Shown here one piece after another: positions 39,006-51,605 of a stretch of 64,000 bases of DNA. Position 1 is the stretch's first letter, and every line of letters starts with the position of its first letter. The DNA is from Paraspadella gotoi (lineage: Eukaryota; Animalia; Chaetognatha), in the NCBI GenBank assembly GCA_051294375.1, contig CM119267.1, positions 24,439,783 to 24,503,782 on the forward strand, given 5' to 3'. A program made the translations under genes and the position numbers. The notes below the pieces were generated by a model. That model was not told the origin of the DNA, did no database searches, and was given only the letters and a program-made list of their open reading frames with translations.

Positions 39006-39222
39006 GGGCTCTCTTTTCCGAGAGTGCCCCCTTTTTGTTCGTTTTTCCAAGAATTTAATTTTTATTTTAATATTTTAATATTTTAATATTAAACTTATAA
39101 ACCAATCCCTAACCTTAATCCCTAACCAAATCCCTAACCATAACCTTTAAACTAATTTTTAATTTAAAAAATTGACTTAATTCCGAATTTAAGATAAAAT
39201 AGGGCGTTCTAGGAAAGTAATG
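39006..39222. mobile_element. Telomere-like-repeat MITE
   Basis: GGGCTCTCTTTTCCGAGAGTGCCCC start, a CCCTAA-like interior, and end TTCCGAATTTAAGATAAAATAGGGCGTTCTAGGAAA. Confidence 0.75.
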
Positions 39223-39506
39223 AAGAATCTCCAACCCTAACCCTTAACACCAGTCCATTTCCCTAATCCTTAACCGGAATTGATCATTTTATTACTCAGA
39301 AATCAGCATTCTAATAAAAAAAAAAAAAAAATATGCTGACACTGGGCAAGGGCCAATGAAGATTATCATCACTTTTACCTCAGATCGTAATTAAAGTCAC
39401 AAACTATTATCACAATCATTCCCAACAGCAGTCAAATTCTTTTGTTTTGGGGGGAGGGGGTTTAGGGAAACAGGGTGGGAGAGTGCATCAGGGGAGGGGC
39501 TTTTAC

Positions 39507-39650
39507 CTGCAGCTAGCGTCTCTTCTAAAAGAGTAAAACTTCTGGACTGTGTCGTATTTCCTCTAAACTGCGGATTTCTCTTTTCGTCAGAGGGTTTGTG
39601 AAGATGCTCAGTGATCACTCCCCCCTCTTCATCCTCAACCAAACCACCTC
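39507..39650 (-). CDS. Probable LIM-gene exon with a QSRSF motif
   Basis: Reads GGLVEDEEGG...TTQSRSFTLLEETLAA and is followed by a GTAAAA donor. Confidence 0.65.
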
Positions 39651-39778
39651 TGATCAATGGGGAAAAAAAGGGTCGCAGGTTCGTTGTTGTTTTTTTTTAT
39701 TAATGGAAGTGAACCGGAAACAACGTAAAAAAATAAGCTACGACAGACAAAAAAAAATATAAAAATAGTGCAAAAAGT

Positions 39779-40215
39779 TGGCTCTCTATTCCAAGAGTGC
39801 CCCATTTCTGATCATTTTTCCCAAAATTCAATTTTAACTTTAATATTTAACCTAAACTTGCCAGATAATTTTTAACCCTAATCCTGAATAATTATTAACC
39901 CTAATCCTGAACCATAACCCTAAACCTTTATCCTTAATTTTTAACCCTCACCCTTAACCTTTAACCATAATCCTTAACCCTAATTCTAAACCTTAACCCT
40001 AAAACTTTATCCATAATTTTTAACCTTATCCTTTAACCCTTTAACCCTTAACATTTAACTATAATCCCTAACCCTAACCGACAATCAAATCACTAATCAC
40101 TAACCTTATATTTAACCTAATCCCTAAACTTAACTTCTTACATAATCTTTAACTTAAAATATCGATCTAATTCCGAATTCAAGATAAAATGGGGCTTTCT
40201 CGGAAAATAAGGCCA
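39779..40215. mobile_element. Telomere-like-repeat MITE, complete copy
   Basis: Imperfect TIRs of about 28 bp, TGGCTCTCTATTCCAAGAGTGCCCCATTT and AAATGGGGCTTTCTCGGAAAATAAGGCCA, enclosing a degenerate (CCCTAA)n interior. Confidence 0.8.
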
Positions 40216-40620
40216 AAAAAGGCTTACAAATAGTGCAGAAAACGTTGACTACAGTTGACTCATCTACAGTTACAAACAACGACGGTGCGTGCCGTGCAGT
40301 ATATAAAGAAAAGCGGACAGTGTGTGTGTTCCAATTACCGTGCTATGAAAATTACGTTAGCTTTTTGACGGCGAGAAAGAAAGAGTAATTTATCCGGCGG
40401 GACTGACTTCAGTCCAAGAAATGTATAGTAGACTTTTCAAAAGAAGTTAGAGAGTCGATGTTTTCCGTCGGGCGGAACAGAAGACGATTCCATTTTGTTT
40501 TCTCTCTAAAAAAGTTATTTGCGAGTTTCAGAGTGGGGGGGGCGTCGGGTGGGATCGGGGTAAGTTAACCATGCCCACTTCAGCTTTCGATTTTCATCTG
40601 TAATGAGGATGACCTCAAAA

Positions 40621-40630
40621 NNNNNNNNNN
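40621..40630. other. Assembly gap
   Basis: Run of N next to (GA)n. Confidence 0.99.
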
Positions 40631-41771
40631 AGAGAGAGAGAGAGAGAGAGAGAGACAGAAATAGAGAGAAAGAGAAACAACGGCAGGACTCCGTTCATCT
40701 TGAATTCGATGTCAAGGGGCGCAAACTATGATGACTTGTATTAAATCACAAGTTGGTTTTAACGTCAACCAAAATCTTTCCGACTTAATATATAAATTTG
40801 TCAAAATCATTACCGACGTCGTTTACGTTACTAAACTTTTTTTTCTTTTTTTTTTTTAATTTTTGACAAATTTTCTTTCTTTTTTATCTTGGATCTTTTG
40901 TTCACCTGAGACGCAATCGATCAGGAACATAAACTTGATGCGCGGGATTCTTGCGGTACGAAGGCAAATTGGTGACGTGAACGCCGATCGGGGGAGACGA
41001 GTCAATTTTGGTTGGGGAAATGTCCGATCCGAAGTGGGTTCGACAGTAATTCGGGGACGTGGTGTTGGAACTATGGATCTGACTGCGTTGGTGAGGTAAC
41101 GAGGCGTGTGGCAGGTAAGGTGAATTGGCTACTGCGTCAGAGTCTGTGATATGAACTCCCCCGCTTTTTTGTGAAATGAAAGGTTTTGGTAAAAAAACAA
41201 ATTTACTCGGTGAAAGTTTTAAAAAAGGTTTTTAAAATAGTATTAGAATAACTGCATGAAAATAAGCTAGCTATAGTAAATAAGACTGATTATAAATAAT
41301 TCTAGAATATATTGAAGATAAAACTAAATAATAAAAAAATAAAAACTGTGATTTTTTAAAAATATTCTGGTTTAGCTCTAAGTAGCTAATAGCTTTTCAA
41401 GCTGTTGGTAAAATAACAGCCTTGTTTAGATCCTGAGACTCGATTTATTTAAATTAAAAACTAGGAATAATAGTTTTTGGGTGTAAAGTATATCTACAGA
41501 AAAGCTAACAAAAAGTAATTTTTAAACATGCCGATTTTACTTAAAATAATTTTTAAAAAACGTTTTCATGCTTGTTATTTGCTGAAAATACAAGCTACGA
41601 ACTTGCTTTTTTTTAATACATGCAAATTAAAATTTTTTTCAAGGTTCCATGCTGAGTTTCTGACTGACAAACCTGACATTAATCGGAACAACCGACTGGG
41701 GCATAGTTGAATAATCGTTGATGACCCTAAGCAGAAGAGGGAGAGAAAAAGAGTGTAAAGTGAGAGAGAGA

Positions 41772-41861
<90 letters not shown>

Positions 41862-42047
41862 CTAATTGAAGCGGACTTTGTTATCTGCGGTTTGTTAGTA
41901 CCCTAAATTTTCGACGTTAGAGATCGAAGTATCTACACTTTTCTACAGTTCCATGAATCGTCTACAGTTCCATCCACAGTTCCATCGAATATCGGAGTGC
42001 AAAGACAGTGCGATTTTCAGAAAAAAAAACCCAATTTAGTGAGAGAG

Positions 42048-42117
<70 letters not shown>

Positions 42118-42393
42118 AGAGAGAGGAGAGGGAGAGAAAGAGAGAGAGAGAGCGTGTGCGAAAGTAAACGAATTGAAGCGAATCTTAGCGCCGCCTTAGT
42201 GATTTAATATTTTCATTTCGGTGTGAATCAAAACAAAGTCAGAAATATTAACATCCTCAGAACTCGATATAGTATATTGCCGCATATTATTATTAGGTAT
42301 TCTTTTGATAATATTGTGTAAACATATAAATTATATCCAAATGATTAGAGATCCATTCTCTTTGGATGTTTGTTGCGTGTTAAAAATCCAACG

Positions 42394-43667
42394 TCAAAAA
42401 AGAAAGAGGTGAGTCATGCTTCTTTGTTTATTTATTTTCGATGTCGTCGTTGTTGTTGTTGTTGTGCTTTTTTTTCGCGCCTTATCCTCCCACCTTGACG
42501 TTGCCGACACAGACGACGCAGCTGCCGAGGCCGCCGCCGACACGGCCGCCGATACGGTTGACGCCGCCGAAGCCAAATCCGCCGCAGCCGCCGACGAATC
42601 GACTTCGCCGAGAATAAACTTTGTACTCTTCGGCGTCGTGCCGAGATTCACGCCGGAAATTGGCGACTTCAATATTCCAGCTATCGGCGCCGTGGGCGTA
42701 TTGGGTGCCGAGAGTCCGTCCCGGTCGCTGGACGTCGCCATTGGCGTCGTCTCCATGGAATCCGTCAAAATCTTCTCGGCTTCCGCAGCGTTCGGAGGCG
42801 GCGCGGGATCTACGGCGGCGGCTGCCTTGGATTCTCTCGGCGCGAATGCACGCGTCTCGTAGTAACGGGCGGCGCTCTTGACGGATCCGAGGAGCACGAC
42901 TTTTGGCGCCGGGGATTCCGGCGTGGTCAAAGGAGTTGACGGCGACGGCGGCGTCGTCTGAAGAATTGGCGGGGTCGGCGGCGTCGTTGGCTTCGTTTTT
43001 GGCGCCGATTCGATATTCACGAAACCGGAGCGAAATCTGGCGCCGGATCGATCGATTCTCACGCCGGAAATTCTGTGATTTTTTTTATTTCTTGTGAATT
43101 TGAATATTTTTGATTTGTTTAATATTAATTATTATTTTGGAATTTGATTTAAAAAAGAAAATTACGAAAATTAGTAAAATTTCTAAAAAAATTGAATAAA
43201 AAATTTTCCTTTGTAGTTAGTAATTGTTTTCGTAAATTTATTCAAATGTAAGGTAAATATATTTTCTTTTTTTTCATAACTTACAAAGAAGTGATATTAG
43301 CAGTAACAACTTAAAACTTGCCGATGTCATTGTTAGCATTGTTTAAACTATTCCTTTGTTTAAACTATTCCTTTTGTTTCATTTTTATCCTTTCTAATTC
43401 TATGTTACACCATTTTTTTAGAGCTACAATTACAAACACCCAAGTGTACTTTGTAAATATTGTGAACGTATTAAGAAAACATAAAGATCTAAATGGAATC
43501 ACAGATAAATGACAAGGGACAACATTATTAGTTGGGCACCAGATATACCGAGCTAGTATTATAGCTAAGTTTTGCGATAATTCGATATCAGCATCGAGTG
43601 AAATATTTGTTAAGCGAGATTTTTACTTACGCTCCTTGACTGTAGGGCTTCGGTGCGATATTCGTCG
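42394..43667 (-). CDS. LIM-gene microexon (43667-43630) plus a Pro/Thr/Ala-rich exon (from ~43072)
   Basis: The microexon ATNIAPKPYSQG has a GTAAGT donor and splices in frame to AISGVRIDRSGARF...SVKSAARYYETRAF. Confidence 0.6.
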
Positions 43668-46037
43668 CCTTAAAAGTTTTAAAAAAAGTAAATTTGTTAT
43701 ATTAATTGTAAAATGAATGTGTTTACAACTTTTGATAAATAAATGATTTAAAAAAGATCATGCGTCTTTTGCGCTTTAATTAGCATGCGAATTTAAGTAA
43801 TTCGTTTGAGATATTAATGAATTCGAAGTTTTAAAACTATGTATGCATTCTCGTGGTAGTTGTAATTTTAATAAAGTTCAAGATAAATAGAAACTAGTTA
43901 AATAAACTATTATGCAAATGACTGGATTCGACCAGAACGTTTCGTTTTGTTCTGAAATTAGATTTTCACAAATTCCAAAAAAAATCAATTTCTGCCAATA
44001 ATTTCTTCAAACGGCACCACATACTAATTCTTCAAACGATACCTAATCATAATAGTACCTGTAATAATTCGTAAAATTAATAAATATATATATTTTCTAA
44101 TGGCTAAGTAATTTTTGAAAAATTAAAAAAAATTCAATTAGAATTCGTACGGAGGAAAAAAAAAAACTTTAAATCGACTAAAGCAGAAAAATGTGGATTA
44201 CTAAAACTTTACGACCGAAGAGAAATTAATCGTCTCATTTGTCGTCATTCGAGCGACAATTATGAGGCGATTTTTAAAGGATCAGGATGACCGACCGACC
44301 GAGAGTGCTGGGACAGGGACACCTCGGTCTGGGCCGAGGGATTTTGACACACTCCGAGCTAAGCCGATGGTTAGCGATTGGTCTCGTTATGGCAGTTATA
44401 TCATTGCCTTCCTCTTCTTTCTCTTCCTCCTTCCTCCCTTCTCCTGCTCGGCCTCTCTCCCACCTTCCCTCTACTCCCTCTTCCCTCCCCCCCTTTCCTC
44501 CCTCTCTCCCTCCCCCTACCTACCTTCCCCTTCCTCCATCCTCCTCCTCCCTCCCTCCCTCCGCAACGCTTCTCCCCGATCCCGTGTCTCCTCGCTTTCT
44601 CCCTCGAGAGCGAGGCGTATCTCTCCACCAGCGCCGTCATTCTCTTCCTCTTGGTGGGCGTGGCGGCCGGAAGTTGGAGAAGCGCCTCGATCACGTGACA
44701 CTTTTTCTGAGCGGGGGCGTCGGAGTCGACGTCGAGGGCGGGAGATGGCGGCGTTGTCGTCGTCGTCGTCGTCGTTGTCGTCGGAGATTCGTCAGAGAAA
44801 TCGACGACGACGAAATCGAAAAAAGCTAAGATGAGAGATGAGAATCTCATTGAGAGCCTCATTGAGAGCCTCATTATGAACCTCATTGAGAGGCGATGGA
44901 TCGCGACCCGGAAAATTATTACCAACATAAAAAATTATCCATTCATTCAATAAATTAGCTATCTTGCCTTTGACCTCCGTACCTTTTACGTATAAGATTC
45001 TTATTCATGACTGTAACGTTATTTTATCGAATTAAAACAAATAATATGATACTACTTTATTGATAGGGAAGCAAATTACTCGTGAGTCTTGATAAAAAGC
45101 TTGCAGCTTATAATCTTCTAAGAGGAAAAGAGGCTATAAATCACAAAAGCTTGTCCTAATTGTAGTAGGCATGCCAGCTTCTTTATTGAATTAATTAATA
45201 AATTTTTAGTGGTTATTCTATTCTTTTCTATTCTATTTAAATATAAAAATAATCGTTATTATTCATGTTTGACATTTATCAATTTTCTAACCACGATCAA
45301 AGACTCGAGCTTCGACGATCGAAAGACGTCGCTTCACCGACGGCGCCACCGACACCGCGCGTTCGTTGACGCAGTCCGTGGCGCAGTTTATTACGCCATC
45401 GTTGGCGCAATCCGTTCCAAAATCAACGTATTCGTTTTTATCGCAATCCGTGGCGCAGTCAGTGACGCAATCGGAGGAGCGAGCGGGACAATGATAGATG
45501 GCGCAGTGTGACATGTGGGGCGTGACGCTATCTGTGGAGTAGCGAGTGGCGCAGTCTGTGGAATAGCGAGTGGCGCAGTCTGTGGTATAGCTAGTGGCGC
45601 AGTCTCGACTCTCGAAATGACAAGAAGTCGCGCGATCCACACTCGCGATTTCGTTTTGGCGGGAAATCGGGGAAAACGCGGAATGCATTTGTTTGTTTAT
45701 CTTTCGTTGCTTGGTAACGCGTATTGTTATATGGTTGATTGGGAAAATATGCTTTTTTGGTTTTTTATAATGGTTAATTTAGTGTTAATGACGTTGCGGA
45801 TTAAGCGTAGACAAGGAAAAATAATGTTTCATATCATTGCGAAGATTATTGGGAATGAAAACGACTTTGGATTTAATTTTTGTCGGGTCAACTCGTGGTG
45901 CAGCGTATCGTAGTGATATTTCCTGAGATTGTCCTAGTTTTTCTTCTTTTTTTTTGTTTCGTAGTGACGCAAAATACAAAGTGACTTTCTTTTTCCTCAT
46001 TCGTTTTTCTTTTCTTTTGTAGCGAAAAGAAAAAAAA

Positions 46038-46062
46038 NNNNNNNNNNNNNNNNNNNNNNNNN
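46038..46062. other. Assembly gap
   Basis: Run of N. Confidence 0.99.
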
Positions 46063-46188
46063 AATATACGGAACGAAATGAGAAAGGCAAAAAAAAAAAA
46101 AAGAAAATGATTCGGAAATAAATTGACAAATACGAAGTAAATAAAGATAAAAGGAATAAAATATTCGTTAAAGGTAACCGGGGGCAAG

Positions 46189-46425
46189 GGGGGGAGGGGA
46201 GAAGAGAACGGGAGAGAGTATGAACGAAATCGTGACGAGAATCCAAGTTTTTTTAACGCGAGTCTCAAAACCTTGAAGAAATTCGATATGAAATCAAAAG
46301 GAAATCCGTTACAAAATCTCGTCGCGTATCTTTCACGAAATTCGTTTGCAAAATCATTTGATTTTTAGGCGAAAAATAAAAAAAAAAATTTTTGACGACG
46401 ATGAGGAAAATCCCACTGTTGGCCT

Positions 46426-46519
<94 letters not shown>

Positions 46520-47347
46520 ACCACCCGCCACTCAGGCATCTCACCCTTTGAAAATTCTATCAAACGTTATTCGCTTTTCCGTCTCTCTATTTACAATGAA
46601 TTAGTAACAGAAATGATCTTACTTTATATTGTAATAGTAGCATAACTACGCATGATTGTAATTCTTTTATTTTCTAGTATACTTGTTAAATAATTTGTTA
46701 TGTTTTTTTATTTTTCCGTTCTCGGCGTGACCCTCTGTGAAGTTTGTCGAAGTAAAAGTCACACTTATTCTATCGCATCGCCGCATCACATCTGTTGTTC
46801 GAGTGATAATCACGTCGTAACGAAATGAATCATGCTCCCTCGCTCAATTACTGAATTCGTGGTCATCGCGATCTTCATCATCAATCGTCCGTCGTCGTCG
46901 TCGTCGTCGTCATTATCGTCGTCTTTTTTTTGTTTTAAGAATGACGGGGCGTGTTCGTCAACCATCAATCATCACAGCACCACAGCCACCACCGCCCACC
47001 GGCCAAATCTCGAAGGGTCGTCTTCGTCGTCGTCGTCGACCTTAACGCTTCGTGGGTAGCTTCTAACTTCTAACTTCTAAGCTTCTCTCTGTTTGTCATC
47101 AAATTTCGACTCTCGAAAATGAAAGGAGACAAGAAAGGCCGGAGGAATAAAAATAAATAATAAATAACAAGGAAGTAGCTAAACCCTGCTTTATATAGAC
47201 TTAAAATCTGCGCAAAGTCAAAGAAATAAGATTTAAAAAAAAAAAGAAATGAATAAAAAATATCGAAAGAAAAATAAACACAAAAATGAGTGGAACTTGA
47301 TTCAGTTCTCCTCCCAAGATTCTCACCTCTCTCTCTCTCTCTCTTCT

Positions 47348-47427
<80 letters not shown>

Positions 47428-48012
47428 GTTTTGTACGTTGGGCTCGTCGAAACCTTCGGCTGCCAAAAATTCGCCCAAATTTGTCGCTTTTTCCCAAAAA
47501 ACTTTTTTCCCACAGAATTTGAATCAAGGAAGAAGAGACGGTTTCATTTAATACATTAGCCTTTGTGATCTCTAATGATCTACACCATTTATTCTGAGAA
47601 CTAATCATTAAAAAAAATAGAAGTCAAATTTAAGAAAATTTTGTGGGCGAAAGATCACTTGTGACATCGGGAAATTGCTTTTTGTCTAGGGTAAGTTTAG
47701 GGTAAGCTAAAAGTCTTTTTATGGTAACCTTGAAGTGTAGTGAAACGAATGCAGCTAATCGAGTAAAGAATCATAAACTTTACTGAACGATTTTTATTTT
47801 CTCATATTTTTCCGATTTGAAGATATTTTTTATTTTAAAGTAAATTATCTATTATTTTAAAATAAATTATCTATTATTTTAAAGTAAATTATCTATTATC
47901 TGGTCATGAACGTGCAGGAAGGAAAAAAATGAATCAAAAAATTCAAGCTTTACTAATAGTACGGCATCTATTCTATCTCTACTAGTAAACGACATGCTGA
48001 AATGAAAGTCTC

Positions 48013-48091
<79 letters not shown>

Positions 48092-49127
48092 CTCTCTCTC
48101 CTCCTATTCTATTCTGGAACAGAATCGTCTGGTTATTTCTTCATACCTGAGGAGATGTCTGGTTGAAGATGGTATCACATATTTACTCCTCCTCCCTCCT
48201 CCTCCTCCTCCTCCTCCTCCTCTCATCATTGGCTCTATGGCGATGGAGTGTCTCTTGTGTTGTTTATTCGTTTAGTAAAACGAAAAAAAAACACAAATGA
48301 AAACAATTTAAATGAATTATCACTACTAAAATATAATATCCGAAGATCTTAGCGGGATTTTAATTTAAGAGAGCATTTATTGGATTTGCGAAGTCAAGGA
48401 GAAAGAAAGAATTGTATATATATTTACATACAATTGAAACATTCTTTGAAATATTATACACTGCATTGATAGTGAAGCCAGGTTCACTGGGAGTAAATAA
48501 ATAAGATGTGAGAGAATGAAAGCTTGCAGAACCTGCTATGTCATTATCTTGTAAGAGTGATAGAGGCCTTAAACGACCAAGGCCTGTCCAAAGTCAGGGA
48601 CAAGATAGCCTATTTATTAAAAGAATGGATAATTTTATTTGGTTGTTACCGCAATTTCATACAAGACTAATACACATAGATTGAAAGAATAAATGAAACC
48701 CTCAGATAGATAGAATAGATAGATAGATAGATAGATCTTGATAAATATATAAACAGTCACCCACATACTTAGATACTTAGATCGATAGATAAATAATAAT
48801 ACATAAAAAGTTGGATAGATATAAGAAAGATAGATAGAAAGCCAAATAGATAGATAGATTTATGAAATAGAAATAGGGGGGGGGGGAGGGGAGAAGAGAA
48901 CGGGAGAGAGTATGAACGAAATCGTGACGAGAATCCAAGTTTTTTTAACCGAGTCTCAAAACCTTGAAGAAATTCGATATGAAATCAAAAGGAAATCCGT
49001 TACAAAATCTCGTCGCGTATCTTTCACGAAATCGTTTGGCAAAATCATTTGATTTTTAGGCGAAAAATAAAAAAAAAATTTTGACGACGATGAGGAAAAT
49101 CCCACTGTTGGCCTTGTCTCTGTCTTG

Positions 49128-49204
<77 letters not shown>

Positions 49205-51560
49205 TCTCTACCCCCGCCACTCCAGGGCATCTCACCCTTTGAAAATTCTATCAAACGTTATTCGCTTTTCCGTCTCTCTATTTACAATGAATTAGTAACA
49301 GAAATGATCTTACTTTATATTGTAATAGTAGCATAACTACGCATGATTGTAATTCTTTTATTTTCTAGTATACTTGTTAAATATATTTGTTATGTTTTTT
49401 TTATTTTTCCGTTCTCGGCGTGACCCTCTGGTGAAGTTTGTCGAAGTAAAAGTCACACTTATTCTATCGCATCGCCGCATCACATCTGTTGTTCGAGTGA
49501 TAATCACGTCGTAACGAAATGAATCATGCTCCTCGCTCAATTACTGAATTCGTGGTCATCGCGATCTTCATCATCATCGTCGTCGTCGTCGTCGTCGTCG
49601 TCATTATCGTCGTCTTTTTTGTTTTTAAGAATGACGGGGCGTGTTCGTCAACATCATCATCACCACCACAGCATCAACACCACCACCACCGCCACCGCCA
49701 AATCTCGAAGGGTCGTCTTCGTCGTCGTCGTCGACCTTAACGCTTCGTGGGTAGCTTCTAACTTCTAACTTCTAAGCTTCTCTCTGTTTGTCATCAAATT
49801 TCGACTCTCGAAAATGAAAGGAGACAAGAAAGGCCGGAGGAATAAAAATAAATAATAAATAACAAGGAAGTAGGCTAAACCCTGCTTTATATAGACTTAA
49901 AATCTGCGCAAAGTCAAAGAAATAAGATTAAAAAAAAAAGAAATGAATAAAAAATATCGAAAGAAAAATAAACACGAAAAATGAGTGGAACTTGATTCAG
50001 TTCTCCTCCCAAGATTCTCACCTCTCTCTCTCTCTCTCTCTCTCTCTGCTCTCTCTTCTGCTCGTCTGCCTTGCTCGTTTTGTAACGTTGGGCTTCAGTC
50101 GAAACCTTCAGCTGCCAAAATTCGCCCAAATTTGTCGCTTTTTCCCAAAAAACTTTTTTCCCACAGAAATTTGAATCAAGGAAGAAGAGACGGTTTCATT
50201 TAATACATTAGCCTTTGTGATCTCTAATGATCTACACCATTTATTTCTGAGAACTAATCATTAAAAAAAAATAGAAGTCAAATTTAAGAAAATTTTGTGG
50301 GCGAAAGATCACTTGTGACATCGGGAAATTGCTTTTTGTCTAGGGTAAGTTTAGGGTAAGCTCAAAAGTCTTTTTATGGTAACCTTGAAGTGTAGTGAAA
50401 CGAATGCAGCTAATCGAGTAAAGAATCATAAACTTTACTGAACGATTTTTATTTTCTCATATTTTTCCGATTTGAAGATATTTTTATTTTAAAGTAAATT
50501 ATCTATTATTTTAAAATAAATTATCTATTATTTTAAAGTAAATTATCTATTATCTGGTCATGAAACGTGCAGGAAAAAAATGAATCAAAAAATTCAAGCT
50601 TTACTAATAGTACGCATCTATTCTATCTCTACTAGTAAACGACATGCTGGAATGAAAGTCTCTAATCTCTCTCTCTCTCTCAACTACTCATTTCTTATTC
50701 CTCCACCCTCTCTCTGTCTCTCTTCTCTCGTCTCTTCTCTCTTCTCTCTCTCTCTCCTCTATTCACTATTCTGGAACAGAATCGTCTGGTTATCTTCATA
50801 CCTGAGGAGATGTCTGGTTGAAGACTGGTATCCAATATCCATACCCTTCTCCTCCTCCTCCTCCTCTCCTCCTGCCTCCTGCCTCAACTCCTCACTGAAC
50901 TAAACCAGTACGATCATTGGCTCTATGGCGATGGAGTGTCTCTTGTGTTGTTTATTCGTTTAGTAAAACGAAAAAAAAGACAAATGAAACAATTTAAATG
51001 AATTATCACTACTAAAATATAATATCCGAAGATCTTAGCGGGATTTTAATTTAAGAGAGCATTTATTGGATTTGCGAAGTCAAGGAGAAAGAAAGAATTG
51101 TATATATATTTACATACAATTGAAACATTCTTTGAAATATTATACCACTGCATTGATAGTGAAGCCAGGTTCACTGGGAGTAAATAAATAAGACTGTGAG
51201 AGAATGAAAGCTTGCAGAAACCTGCTATGTCATTATCTTGTAAGAGTGATAGAGGCCTTAAACGACCAAAGCCTGTCCAAAGTCAGGGACAAGATAGCCT
51301 ATTTATTAAAAGAATGGATAATTTTTATATTGGTTGTACCAATTTCATACAAGACTATACACATAGATTGAAAGAATAAATGAAACCTCAATAGATAGAT
51401 AGATAGATAGATAGATAGATCTTGATATATATATAACAGTCACCCACATACTTAGATACTTAGATCGATAGATAAATAAATAGATACATAAAAAGTTGGA
51501 TAGATATATAGAAAGATAGATAGAAAGCCAAATAGATAGATAGATTTATGAAATAGAAAT
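46189..51560. repeat. Tandem duplication of about 2.69 kb (copy 1 ~46189-48875, copy 2 ~48876-51560)
   Basis: Both copies begin GGGGAGGGGAGAAGAGAACGGGAGAGAGTATGAACG and end GATAGATTTATGAAATAGAAATAG. They are collinear throughout, with scattered 1-nt indels. Confidence 0.95.
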
Positions 51561-51605
51561 AGCGAGCAGAGAAACCCGAACCCTCGTGAAGCCGCAAAGA
51601 GTCAC

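Noticed and set aside
39850-40140. True telomere or chromosome-fusion scar
   Set aside because: The repeats are degenerate, single-orientation and bounded by TIRs shared with other dispersed copies.
40905-41165. Additional LIM-gene exon
   Set aside because: Plausible splice sites exist, but I could not assign a convincing frame or motif, so it is left uncalled.
41718-42199. RE/SL dipeptide-repeat ORFs here and throughout the window
   Set aside because: These are readouts of (GA)n/(CT)n microsatellites.
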